Of a stretch of DNA of 64,000 nt, positions 31,101-41,875 are shown one piece after another. The position numbers were made by a program, and so were the translations under genes. The notes under the pieces were generated by a model. It ran no database searches, was not told the origin of the DNA, and was given only the letters and a program-made list of their open reading frames with translations. Every line of letters begins with the position of its first letter. Position 1 is the stretch's first letter. Location of the stretch: NCBI RefSeq assembly GCF_030144855.1, contig NC_082706.1:149172001-149236000 (forward strand), read 5' to 3'. Source of the DNA: Hypanus sabinus (taxonomy: Eukaryota).

Positions 31101-33429
31101 ACAATGAAATAACTACGTTTGTAGAAATTTTTACTTTGGATTGCTAAGCAAGTTATGGAATGTGGGTAATGCTCATCATACCTTTTGTCATCTTTGTTCA
31201 GCCCTGCGCCCACCAGCATTGTAATGATAACCAAGATCCGATGCAGTGGTAATTCTTTGTAAAAAGAAGATTACAACAAAATGACATGACTAGCCAAGTA
31301 ATCTATAAAACGACAGCTAATTCGAGAAAAAACAGCAATAAAACTGCAAATAATTATGATATAGTATTGTATATAGGAACTGGTGCATACTATTATAAAG
31401 TAGCATGCACAGTTGTTGCTTTTGTGTTCTAACAATCTTTCAGCTTCACCACACCCACATCTGCCCATTACACTGCTGGTGCTCAGGGCAGCAATGAGGG
31501 TTCTCCATCTCTGGCAGTGTTCAGGCCTTCCTTCACTGTGGAAGTAGCTCAGTATTCACTACTGTCAGTCATGTAAGTTCTGGGTAGAGATTCAGGGATA
31601 CTGTCTCCTTCAGATGCAGAAGGATTCTTCATTGCTGTTTCTGTAACAGCTTTGTTTGACCAGTCAGGGTTGTTGACCCTGAGCTGAACCCTTGTATCTG
31701 GAGAATTAGTGATCCTCTCTTAGTCTGGCCTCTACCCTTTGATCTGTTCAGCATTAGTGGCCCTGCCAAGAGCCAAAGCATAAAGCCCTGACTCCAACCA
31801 AAATAATGTAACAACAAGGTTATGGTCCTCCAACCCAAGGACGTGTTTCATCTTCAACTGCCATGTAAGTAGCACTAACTGTAAATCTGTGTACAACTTG
31901 CGACAGTATTCAGACATGGTTGTTAGCCCTAATTTGTAACCTGTCCATGGGTTATCAATAGTTGAACTCGAAGTCATACTCCTTTATAATATAAAGAATT
32001 ATGCCATCATAGTTAAATGACGCAAGCACCCTCCCCCATTATTTGTCCCTTCCATGGTCTATTTATTCTTTAAATACATTTGCTTTTACCCAGTTTGTCC
32101 AGTTGATCTTGTGTCATCGGTTTTCAACTGCTTTGGCTGGGAAAGCTGAGATTTGTTGATTTTGCTCTTTAGAAATTCTGCAGAGAGTCAAACTGGAGTC
32201 CCTGGAGAAAATGGATGATGTAATTTGTGACCTTGGTTCAATCTTGTGTAAGAAAATCACTTTTTTAAAAAAAAACAGACTCTTCAGCTTGCAACAAAGG
32301 CCCAGTAATGTCTCACAGCTGGGTAGACCTTCTGGTCAGTCAACAACTAAAATTCCTGTCAACGGGACTCAGTGCTTGAAAGTAGTGCTCAAAAGCAAGA
32401 TCCCAATCCCTGAACTGAAAGTGTTCTAAGGCTTTTTTTTAAATTGATTATAAAACTGACATATAACAACATTGTTGTGAAAGGCACTTGCATCATTACA
32501 TATGAAGTTGTCTTTTCTTCTTTGGCAGTTTCTACAATCCAATTAAGTCTTTCACTTTATTAATTCCAGACATCACATAATTGAAGGTATAAAACATTTC
32601 ATCCCTGCAGTGACCATAAAGGCTTTTCCATAATGAAACAATTATATTTAGAGGCATCACACTAAATCCACAAACATGCCAATGCACTATGGCAACAAAC
32701 ACTCTATCCTGCCATCTATTAAGCAATTTCTGGACTTGATACAGTGAAAGGCTCAGCTGGACCATTGTCTTAGTAGTTCCAACTTGCAACTGTCTGGAGA
32801 GCATATGGAGGCATAACTGGAAGTCAGTCAACTGGCATTTTGCCACATATAGCCAGGAAAGGTTGTATGGGGTTTGTTTGGTAAAGTGCTAGGTAATTAA
32901 AATGCAGACCCACTGCTTCAATTGAACAGCATGAATGCACATTCTTTTGTGTTTCTTTGTATTTTTGTCTGGTATTGGATGCATACCTCTAACCGTCTGA
33001 CACTGAGGTGCAAGTCTATCCTTAAGCAAAATTGACCCTGAAAGCGTACATTTTCTTAAAATAGTTAATCTTCCAGGATGGTGTCAGCACCTAAAAATTT
33101 ATGTCCATCCTTCTCCGTACATGCACAAGAGGGTGTGTTTGACAGATGATGTGCTGAGAGGTAAATGGGAAGAGTGTGCACATTGCAAAAATAAAAGCAG
33201 ATTTACTAGATTACTTGATGCATATCCTGTTGCAGGAGTCAAGATCTTATTGCTTTTCCGTTTGGGTGGATTGAAGCAATAGACACAAAATGCTGGAGGA
33301 ACTCAGCAGGTCAGGTAGCCTCTATGGAGGGAAATAAATGGTCAGTGTTTTGGGCCAAGGCCCCCTATTAGGAATGCTGTCCATATTATTTATTTTCTTC
33401 CATTGATGCTGCCTGACCAGTAAGGCGAA

Positions 33430-34960
33430 TATATCCAAGAGAAAAAACTAAATTTAATGAGAACTGCCTCGGGCAGTACTGTGAAGGCTGTTTACAATGA
33501 GTAAAGAGTCACTTTTTTGGATGCTTCTGGTGGAGTGGTTAAAAAAAATTGTCCATATTAATCTTCTTTTGGCCCAAGTTCCATTACACAACATGATTGT
33601 CTTAGGCGTGCTTTAGCATTTGCGGCCAGTGGGACCACTGTACATTTGACTTTCAAACTCTTTAGATTTATCCTATATGGAGTCTTTAACATGCTACATT
33701 GGTCAGGAAATTGCAAAAGAAAAAAATTCTAAAAGATTGTAAATGTGTTGGTTAGGATGAATGTATATTTGCTCACAAAACAACCATTGAAGCATTAAGA
33801 TCCCACATTGCAAGATTTTAGATGATAAATTAAGGGAAGTGTTATATTAGTGCCAGCTGGAGATTTTCATCAAACTCTACCAGTAACTTCAGGAGGTTGA
33901 AAGCATAATTTTTTTTGAGAATATGTTAAATAATTATACTTGAAAACCAATATGCATTTGTAAGTGAGTTTGCTTTGAATTTACTCAAATGGGGAAAAAG
34001 ATTTAACAAGAATGATTTTTGGACCACATTGTTACATCAGAATCTGATGCAAGCTGTTTTCCTAAATGTCACTCAATACTATGTGAGTTATCAATAAATG
34101 CATGAAATAGTAAACCTTACACCAATAAATGATACAGTGCAGGCCATGAACTGAAATCTTCTTTTCAATCTTATTGAACAACCTGTACAATATAACTTAT
34201 TTGACAATATAACACATCGGTGAGGCTGTGCATTTTCTTCTCAGATAGGTTAAAATCTATTATCAACTGGTATACCAGCAAACAATCTTAAATGAAAAGA
34301 TAGAGTTCCAGTTATGAATCCACCAATACTATGTAAAGACAGAAGAGTATCAGTTCAATAATTACTGCCATATGTAATTGGGGCTTCAATACTGACTGTT
34401 AATCTTATTGGGGCAGTTGTCTTCATCAGACCATAAGACATAGAACAGAATCATTTGCTCATTGACTCTGCACCACCATTTGATCATGGCTCATTCATTT
34501 TCCCTGCTCAATGTGGCTTTCACATTGTATTTGCCAATTAATTTCACAGATTCCCTACCCTCGGGTGAAGGAAATTCTCCCTCACCTCTGTTCAAAAGGG
34601 ACATCCTTCTATTCTGAGGCTGTGCGCTCTGGTCCTAGACTCTCCCACTATTGAAAACATTCTCCCCACATCCACACTATCTAAGACCTTTAATTTTCAG
34701 TCGTTTTTAGTGAGACCCTCCTCATTCTTCTGAACACCAACGAATACAGATCCAGAGTCATCAAACACTCCTTGTATACCATTTAATCTCATCTGAACTA
34801 TCTTTTCAATTCAAGCAACTTCAGTTCCCTGTTCATTTTTGTTTCACTGTCACAAAGAACAAGGACAATCACTAAAAGTAGTTTTCCTTGATCTCGAAGC
34901 TCAATGTTTTTCCCAAGGTCATCTCTTTGTTGGTTGTTCCAAAGTTAGCGATTAAAAATA
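33430..34960 (+). pseudogene. Helitron RepHel (Pif1-type helicase) fossil
   Basis: Frameshifted motifs in the expected order: FLDASGG (~33514), INLLLAQV, AGDFHQTLPV (~33856), LKTNM, FKQLQFPV...GQSLKVVFLDL...CFSQGHLFVGCSKV (~34810-34950). Interrupted by a CR1 3' end at ~34430-34775. Confidence 0.85.
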
Positions 34961-35536
34961 ATCTATATTTTTACACCGAATTCAAAAGGGAGAAATGTGT
35001 ACTCTGACGCACATAGAGTTGAAATTACGTAAACTTATACATTGTGCTTAGGTACCTACCAGCATAACTATGTTAAATATAATTTGTGTATCCATATTTA
35101 TTTTTGGTGTGTTTCTTTATTTGTAACTTTAGTTTAAAGTATATGTTCATTCTTTTGCATTGGTGACAAAAGATTGCAAGGTGCATGAGTTTAATTGGTC
35201 TTTCTTTCTTGCTCATATCTGCTGGAGGATGGTGCTGGAGCCTTGGGCAAAGTTTAAAATTGATATGGTTTGTGGATTGGACTCTGTAATTCATGTTGTG
35301 TTTTTTGTTACTCTTTTGTTTACTCACTTTGGCTGTGCAGGCTGTAGTGGATGAATGACACAGAGCTAAAGTGAACTTGCCTGAGCATTCCCAGAATGTC
35401 ATTGACTCTGTGGTTTGATGTTTTATATTCTGTTTTTGGCATGCTTTTGCCATTTGCGCAATTTGTTTTTTCTGCATTGAAGAGATTTCGAAACCATCAG
35501 TAATGATCTTTCAAGAATCGCTAGGTTCTGCAATTG

Positions 35537-35858
35537 TGTAGGGTAACTTAATTTGTGGACGTGTACATAATTCACATCCGCCGACATGTAGTTGGGGTTC
35601 ACTTTAAGAGCTGGTCTGACATGACATAATTACATAAAGAGTTTTAGTGTGTTTTGTGTTTAGTTTTGGGGGTTCAGAAAATGAGTTTCTGTGCTTTTTT
35701 TGAAACATAAAATGCCTCTGCTGTTTTATGTATGAAAACCTACATTGGTAACCCCAGTGTTTTAGGTTATTCCAGGGTTCTAGGGTTATTGAACATGTCG
35801 GCCAATACAGTTGCTTTGAAACTGCTGGAGTTTTGGGAGCAAAATGCTGTCGCTTGGG
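35537..35858 (+). mobile_element. Truncated Ty3/gypsy element: 5' LTR, tRNA-Trp-type PBS and gag N-terminus
   Basis: LTR TGTAGG...CCTACA (35537-35744), PBS TGGTAACCCC (35746-35755), then ATG at 35795 encoding MSANTVALKLLEFWEQNAVAW. Confidence 0.75.
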
Positions 35859-37075
35859 GAACCCTTGGGGAGCAGTGATCTCAATATGATTAAGTTTACT
35901 TTGAAATTTGAGAGGGGAACAAATAAAATCCAATGTGTCACTATTTCAGTGGAATAAAGGAAATTACAATGGCATGAGAGGGGAACTCACCGAAGTTGAC
36001 TGGAAAGAGACACTAGCAGAAAACACAGCAGAGTAGCAATAACTGGAGTTTCTGTGAAAAATGAGGGAAGTGCAGGACGTATATTCCAAGTAAGAAGAAA
36101 TTTCCAAATGGAAGCAGGACACTACCATGGTTGACAAGTCAAAGCCAAATTAAGAGCAAAAGAGAGGGCATACAAGGAAGCCAGAGTTAATGGGAAGATA
36201 GAAAATTGGGGAGTTTTAAAAAAAATTTCAGAAGGAAACTAAGAAGGACATTAGAAAGGAAAAGATGAATTATGAAGGAAGCTGGTGACTAATATCAAAG
36301 AAAATACCAAAAGCTTTTTTAAGTATATAGAGGGTAAAAGAGAGTTGAGGGTAGATATAGGACCAATAGAAAATGACGCTGGATATATTGTAATGAGAGA
36401 TGCAGGGATGGCAGAGGAACTGAATATGTATTGTGCATTAGTCTTCACAGTGGACAATGTCTGCAGTATTCCGAATATTCAAGACTGGAATATAAAAGCA
36501 AAGATGTAATGCTAGAGACTTTATAAGGCATTGTTCAGACCGCACTTGGAATATTATAAGCAGTTTTTGGCCTCTTATCTAAGAAAAGATGAGCTGGCAT
36601 TGGAGAAGGTCCAGAGATGGTTCATGAGAATGATCCTGGGAATGAAAGAGTTGACATACAAGGAACATTTGGTGGCTCTGGGCCTGTACTCGCTGGAGTT
36701 TAGAAGAAAGGGGGTGGGGAGCTCATTGATACCGATTGAATATTGAAAGGCCTTGAAAAAGAGAGTGGATTCGGAAAGGATGTTCCCTATCGTGGAGGAG
36801 TCTAGGACCAGAGGGCACAGTCTCAGAATAGAGGGACATCCATTTAAAATAGACATGAGGTATCTCTGTAGTGAGAGCGTGGTGAATCACAGACTGCTAC
36901 TTAAGATGAATCATTTGGTATATTTTAGGCAGAGGTTGATAAGTTTTTGATTAATCAGGATATCAAGGGTTATAGGGAGAGAGGAGAATGGGGTGGAGAA
37001 GGATAATAAATTGGCCATGATAACATAGCATGGTGGGCTGTATGGCCTAATTTGCCTATGTACTATGGTCTTTAT
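35859..37075 (+). mobile_element. CR1 LINE fragment with large internal deletion
   Basis: Post-endonuclease tether sequence (NIKENTKSFFKYI) joins directly to the ORF2 C-terminus (RPHLEYY.QF...LEKVQR; RTRGHSLRI); the RT core is absent. Confidence 0.8.
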
Positions 37076-37612
37076 TTATTGAGATGCAGTGCAGAATAAT
37101 CCTTACCGGCTCTTTGAGCTGCGGCGCCCAGCAATCCTCGATTTAAGACTTGACTTGGATTTTATTTCCTTTTACAAGGAGTCTTATGAAACCTGATGGC
37201 ATGGACATAAATGCAAACATTATGACTGTCAGCATAATAACCCTGGTATAACAGTTAGTCTGAAATAAAAATGATAGAATAGCAACTCAATGTGCATTGT
37301 GGGTTTGCAGGCTGAGCAGCATTTAATTGCCTACCCCTTGCTGCCTTTTTGTGTGCACGTTGAAGGTGCACCAAATGCTTTATAAAGTGTCACTTAGGCA
37401 GGGCTTTAAAGTGATTAATAACTGCCTGGTTGGAACACCTTTCAATGGAATGTTCTACTGTACATACAGGTCTGGATGCATAAATACTGTTTTTCATTCT
37501 TGTAGTGTTATTCATTGAGCCTAAAAACATTTGCAAAAGTCACTATGTTTCAATCAGTTGCAAAAATGGAATATTTCATGATAAATATTCATGGTTACAT
37601 GAATTGTATGCT

Positions 37613-37824
37613 TGATGCACCATCAATAACTCACACTGAGACGTAGGCGAGATATCGGCTTTTATTGACTGGAAGAAGGAACCAGGAGTGAGTGTCTATC
37701 ATACAAGGTCCTGGAGACTGAGGCCGATCTTCAGGCCGCAGGTCTCCTTTATACAGGGGCCTGTGGGAGGAGCCACAGGAGCAGTCAGCAGGGGCGTGTC
37801 CCGACAGGCACATAGTTCACCACA
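37613..37824 (-). repeat. 3' LTR
   Basis: Identical by eye to 41876-42087. Confidence 0.97.
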
Positions 37825-37869
37825 TTCACCCCCCCTTCGTTTGAAAAAGTCCTCATGTAGCGAAGGTTC

Positions 37870-39588
37870 TTACAAGTCAAGCCGATCAGGCGGTCGAATC
37901 TGTCGCTGCGATCTACGTAGCACCGGCTGTGACCGCATAGGTGCCGGCAACATTGGCGATTGCACAGGGGACGGGGGTTGCGCGTGTTCTTGCCCACTAG
38001 GCGCCGGTGATCCCTCATGCATGTGCGAGGCGCCTGGTATAAATGCGTACGAAACGCCCGGTATACAAGTGTCGTGAGGAGTCTGTGTAGGGCCTGGTGA
38101 GTACGGTGTCACCTCTGGTGCAGGGTTCACAGTTACCGGAGAGCCTTCAGGGTAGTGGTCTGCTGCACCTGCGGGTGCCAGGTCGCGGATGGAGACCGTG
38201 TCCTCCCGCCCATCAGGTAAGACCACGTAAGCATACTGGGGGTTCGCATGGAGAAGGTGAACCCTCTCCACCAGCGGGGAGTATTTATTGCTCCTCACAT
38301 GTTTCCGGAGCAGCACTGGCCCCGGGGACGTCAGCCAAACTGGTAGGGTGGTCCCAGTGACAGACTTCCTGGGAAAAGAGAATAGGCGTTCGTGAGGGGT
38401 GGCATTGGTGGACGTACATAACAGAGAGCGGATAGAGTGCAGTGCCTCAGGGAGGACCTCCTGCCATCGAGAGACCGGCAACCCTTTGGACTTAAGGGCT
38501 AAAAGTGTGGCCTTCCACACTGTGGCATTCTCCCGCTCTACCTGGCCATTACCCCGGGGATTATAACTCGTGGTCCGACTGGTAGCAATGCCCCTAGCTA
38601 GCAAGTACTGGCGCAGCTCCTCACTCATAAAGGAGGACCCTCTATCACTGTGGATATAGCAGGGATACCCGAACAGAGTGAAGAGCTGGCGCAGGGCTTT
38701 TATGACGGACGTGGCAGTGGTGTCGGGGCAGGGGATGGCAAAGGGGAACCGTGAGAACTCGTCAATAACACTGAGAAAATAGACATTGCGGTCAGTGGAG
38801 GGAAGGGGGCCCTTAAAGTCAACACTCAGGCGTTCAAAAGGGCGGGTGGCCTTGACAAGTTGTGCCGTGTCAGGACAGTAGAAGTGCGGTTTGCACTCGG
38901 CACAAATTTGGCAGTCCCTGGTCATCGTCCTGATGTCCTCCAGGGAGTACGGCAGGTTCCGAGCTTTCACAAAATGGTAAAATCGGGTGACCCCCGGATG
39001 GCAAAGTTGTGCATGAAGGGCGTACAGCTGGTCGAGCTGTGTGCTAGCACATGTTCCCCGGGATAGGGCATCAGGGGGCTCATTGAGTCTGCCAGGCCGG
39101 TACAGGATATCATAGGTGTAGGTGGAGAGTTCTATCCTCCACCGCAAAATCTTATCATTTTTGATCTTGCCCCGCTGTTGGTTGCTGAACAGGAACGCAA
39201 CCGAGCGCTGGTCGGTCAGCACAGTGAATCTTTTGCCAGCAAGATAGTGCCTCCAGTGCCTAACAGCCTCCACTATGGCCTGGGCTTCTTTCTCCACCGC
39301 GGAGTGCCGAATTTCAGAGCCTTGGAGGGTGCGAGAAAAGAATGCTACTGGTCTGCCTTCCTGATTAAGGGTAGCAGCCAGAGCGAAATCGGAGGCATCA
39401 CACTCCACTTGGAAGGGAGCGGTCTCGTCCACTGCATGCATCGTAGCTTTGGCAATGTCCGCTTTAATGCAGTTGAAGGCCGCGCAGGCCTCAGCAGAGA
39501 GGGGAAACGAGGTAGACTTGACCAGGGGGCGAGCCTTGTCTGCGTAATGGGGGACCCATTGGGCGTAATAGGAAAAAACCCCAGGCAC
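37870..39588 (-). CDS. RT thumb, RNase H and integrase part of the gypsy polyprotein
   Basis: RNase H (CDASD, EKEAQA, TDQ, DALSR), integrase HHCC (HAQLCH...CQIC) and DDE (VDFKG, SDRG, GQVER). No chromodomain. Confidence 0.92.
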   Translation of the reverse strand: MPGVFSYYAQWVPHYADKARPLVKSTSFPLSAEACAAFNCIKADIAKATMHAVDETAPFQVECDASDFALAATLNQEGRPVAFFSRTLQGSEIRHSAVEKEAQAIVEAVRHWRHYLAGKRFTVLTDQRSVAFLFSNQQRGKIKNDKILRWRIELSTYTYDILYRPGRLNEPPDALSRGTCASTQLDQLYALHAQLCHPGVTRFYHFVKARNLPYSLEDIRTMTRDCQICAECKPHFYCPDTAQLVKATRPFERLSVDFKGPLPSTDRNVYFLSVIDEFSRFPFAIPCPDTTATSVIKALRQLFTLFGYPCYIHSDRGSSFMSEELRQYLLARGIATSRTTSYNPRGNGQVERENATVWKATLLALKSKGLPVSRWQEVLPEALHSIRSLLCTSTNATPHERLFSFPRKSVTGTTLPVWLTSPGPVLLRKHVRSNKYSPLVERVHLLHANPQYAYVVLPDGREDTVSIRDLAPAGAADHYPEGSPVTVNPAPEVTPYSPGPTQTPHDTCIPGVSYAFIPGASHMHEGSPAPSGQEHAQPPSPVQSPMLPAPMRSQPVLRRSQRQIRPPDRLDL

Positions 39589-41849
39589 CGTCTGAGGGCC
39601 TTGAGAGTGGTGGGAAGAGGGAGCTCTAACAGGGGGCGCATACGTTCGGGATCAGGCCCAATAACCCCGTTTTCCACGACATACCCAAGTATAGCAAGGC
39701 GGGTGGTACCAAAAACACACTTGTCCCTGCTATAAGTAAGGTTCAGAGCTGCGGCCACTTGGAGAAACCATTGGAGGTTGGCGTCGTGATCTGGCCTGTC
39801 ATGACCACAGATGGTGATGTTATCCAGATAGGGAAATGTGGCCTGCAGTTGGTACTGGTCCACCATCCGGTCCATTTCCCTCTGGAAGACAGAGACACCA
39901 TTAGTGACACCGAAAGGGACGCGCAGGAAGTGATAGAGCCGGCCGCCCGCCTCGAAGGCGGTGTAGGGGCGGTCCTCTGGGCAGATGGGGAGCTGGTGAT
40001 AAGCGGATTTCAGATCTATTGTCGAGTACACCTTATACTGAGCAATCTGGTTGACCATATCCGCGATGCGGGGTAGGGGGTATGCGTCAAGCTGCGTAAA
40101 CCTATTGATGGTTTGACTATAGTCCACCACCATCCTATTTTTCTGCCCAGTCCGAACAACAACCACCTGGGCCCTCCAAGGGCTTGTGCTCGGCTCAATG
40201 ATCCCCTCCCTGAGCAGCCGCTGCACCTCCGACTGAATGAAGGCCCGGTCCCCCGCGCTGTACCTCCTGCTTTTGGTTGCCACAGGTTTACAGTCGGGGG
40301 TCAGGTTGGCGAACAGCGGTGGGGGAGGGATCTTGAGAGTGGAGAGGCTGCAAGTGTCGGTAGCGCAGCTGTTGGCCTGGTTCTGGATGGGATGTGTGTG
40401 TCCGTGTGTGTGTGTGGTCAGTAGCGGGGTATGTGAAGAAGTCCCACAAAACTGAGGATTCTTGACAGTGAGTGGTGGGAGGGGCCCGTCGTATACCATA
40501 GTCACACTTTCGAGATGGCTCTGGAAGTCCAGCCCCAATAGCACAGGTGCACACAGATTAGGCATGACCAGCAGTTCAAAGTCCCGATATACTGTGCCTT
40601 GCACCACCAAAGTCGCTACACAACCCACCCGGATGTCTGCGCACTGCGACCCAGAGGCCAAATGGAACCTCCGACTGACCGGCCACGTTGCAAGTCCGCA
40701 GCGTTGCACTGTGTCCGGGTGAATAAAACTCCCAGTGCTGCCCGTGTCAAACAGGCATCCAGTCCAATGCCCCTCCACCTGGATGTCCATCATGGATCTT
40801 GCAAGCTGGTGTGGGGCGCTTTGGTCGAGAGTCACAGTGGCCAGAGTTGGATCGCCGTCGGGGTACCCGGTCAGCATCGGAGGGTCGGGGGCGGGGCATG
40901 CTGACGCCGACAAAGATGGCCGCTCACATCCGGGGTACCCGGTCAGCATCCGAGGATCGGGGGCGGGGCGTGCTGACGTCGACAAAGATGGCCGCCCACA
41001 TCCCGGCATGCAAGATGGCGGCCCCCACGTTTCACCCGCAGCGCTGCACTCCGCTCGAGGTTGAGACTTACAGACCTTGGCGAAGTGGCCCCGCTTTCCG
41101 CATCTGGAGCAGGTCGCTTCTCGCGCTGGACAGCGTTGTCGAGGATGTTTCTTTTGGCCACAGAAATAACAAAGCACGAGTTTCTTACGGGCCACCGCCG
41201 TGGTCTGGGTCGGGGAGCTCGTGGAATCGCGACTGGCGGCGGCGTTGGCGAATTCGCTCCTGGGAGCCGGCGGTGGCGGGGTCTGAGGCGTCCACGAAAC
41301 CGGCGGGGAATCGCGCGACTGGACAGCGTCGGCGTTATGCAAAGCAGCTTCTAGAGCGTTGGCCTTCTCTATCGCCGAGCTTAAGGTAAGATCCGAGTTC
41401 TCCAGCAGCCGCTGGCGCATGTACACTGACCTCAGTCCCGTCACAAAGGCGTCTCGCACCAGCAGCTCCGCATGCTGTTCTGCCGTGAGCGTCTTGCAGT
41501 CGCAAGGTCGGACGAGTGTCTGTAGTGCTCGGAGAAACTCAGCGCACGATTCGCCAGGCCGCTGTTGCCGGGTAGCTAAGCGATGTCTTGCGTAGACGGT
41601 GTTCACCGGCCGCAGGTACTGTCGTTTGAGGGCGTCCAGTGCCCCTTCGTAGGTCGGCAGGTCCCGGATAAAGGAGTAAACTTTGGAGGAGACCCTCGAG
41701 AGTAGGAGTCTGTGCATAACGGCGGGTTCAGTCGCACGAAGCTCCGCCAAGTACGATTGGAAGCATGCAAGCCAGTGTTCAAAAGCGAGAGCTGTGTCAG
41801 GGTCTTGAGGGTCCAAATCCAACCGGTCCGGACGCAAAACGGGTTCCAT
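39345..41849 (-). CDS. Gag-protease-RT part of the gypsy polyprotein (out of frame after ~39575)
   Basis: Two zinc knuckles CYFCGQKKHPRQRC and CSRCGKRGHFAKVC, protease LFDTGS, RT motifs IDLKSAYHQ, VPFGVTNG, YLDN. Confidence 0.92.
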   Translation of the reverse strand: MEPVLRPDRLDLDPQDPDTALAFEHWLACFQSYLAELRATEPAVMHRLLLSRVSSKVYSFIRDLPTYEGALDALKRQYLRPVNTVYARHRLATRQQRPGESCAEFLRALQTLVRPCDCKTLTAEQHAELLVRDAFVTGLRSVYMRQRLLENSDLTLSSAIEKANALEAALHNADAVQSRDSPPVSWTPQTPPPPAPRSEFANAAASRDSTSSPTQTTAVARKKLVLCYFCGQKKHPRQRCPAREATCSRCGKRGHFAKVCKSQPRAECSAAGETWGPPSCMPGCGRPSLSTSARPAPDPRMLTGYPGCERPSLSASACPAPDPPMLTGYPDGDPTLATVTLDQSAPHQLARSMMDIQVEGHWTGCLFDTGSTGSFIHPDTVQRCGLATWPVSRRFHLASGSQCADIRVGCVATLVVQGTVYRDFELLVMPNLCAPVLLGLDFQSHLESVTMVYDGPLPPLTVKNPQFCGTSSHTPLLTTHTHGHTHPIQNQANSCATDTCSLSTLKIPPPPLFANLTPDCKPVATKSRRYSAGDRAFIQSEVQRLLREGIIEPSTSPWRAQVVVVRTGQKNRMVVDYSQTINRFTQLDAYPLPRIADMVNQIAQYKVYSTIDLKSAYHQLPICPEDRPYTAFEAGGRLYHFLRVPFGVTNGVSVFQREMDRMVDQYQLQATFPYLDNITICGHDRPDHDANLQWFLQVAAALNLTYSRDKCVFGTTRLAILGYVVENGVIGPDPERMRPLLELPLPTTLKALRRCLGFFPITPNGSPITQTRLAPWSSLPRFPSLLRPARPSTALKRTLPKLRCMQWTRPLPSKWSVMPPISLWLLPLIRKADQ

Positions 41850-41875
41850 GTTTTAAAACTTCCAGTCAATAAAAT

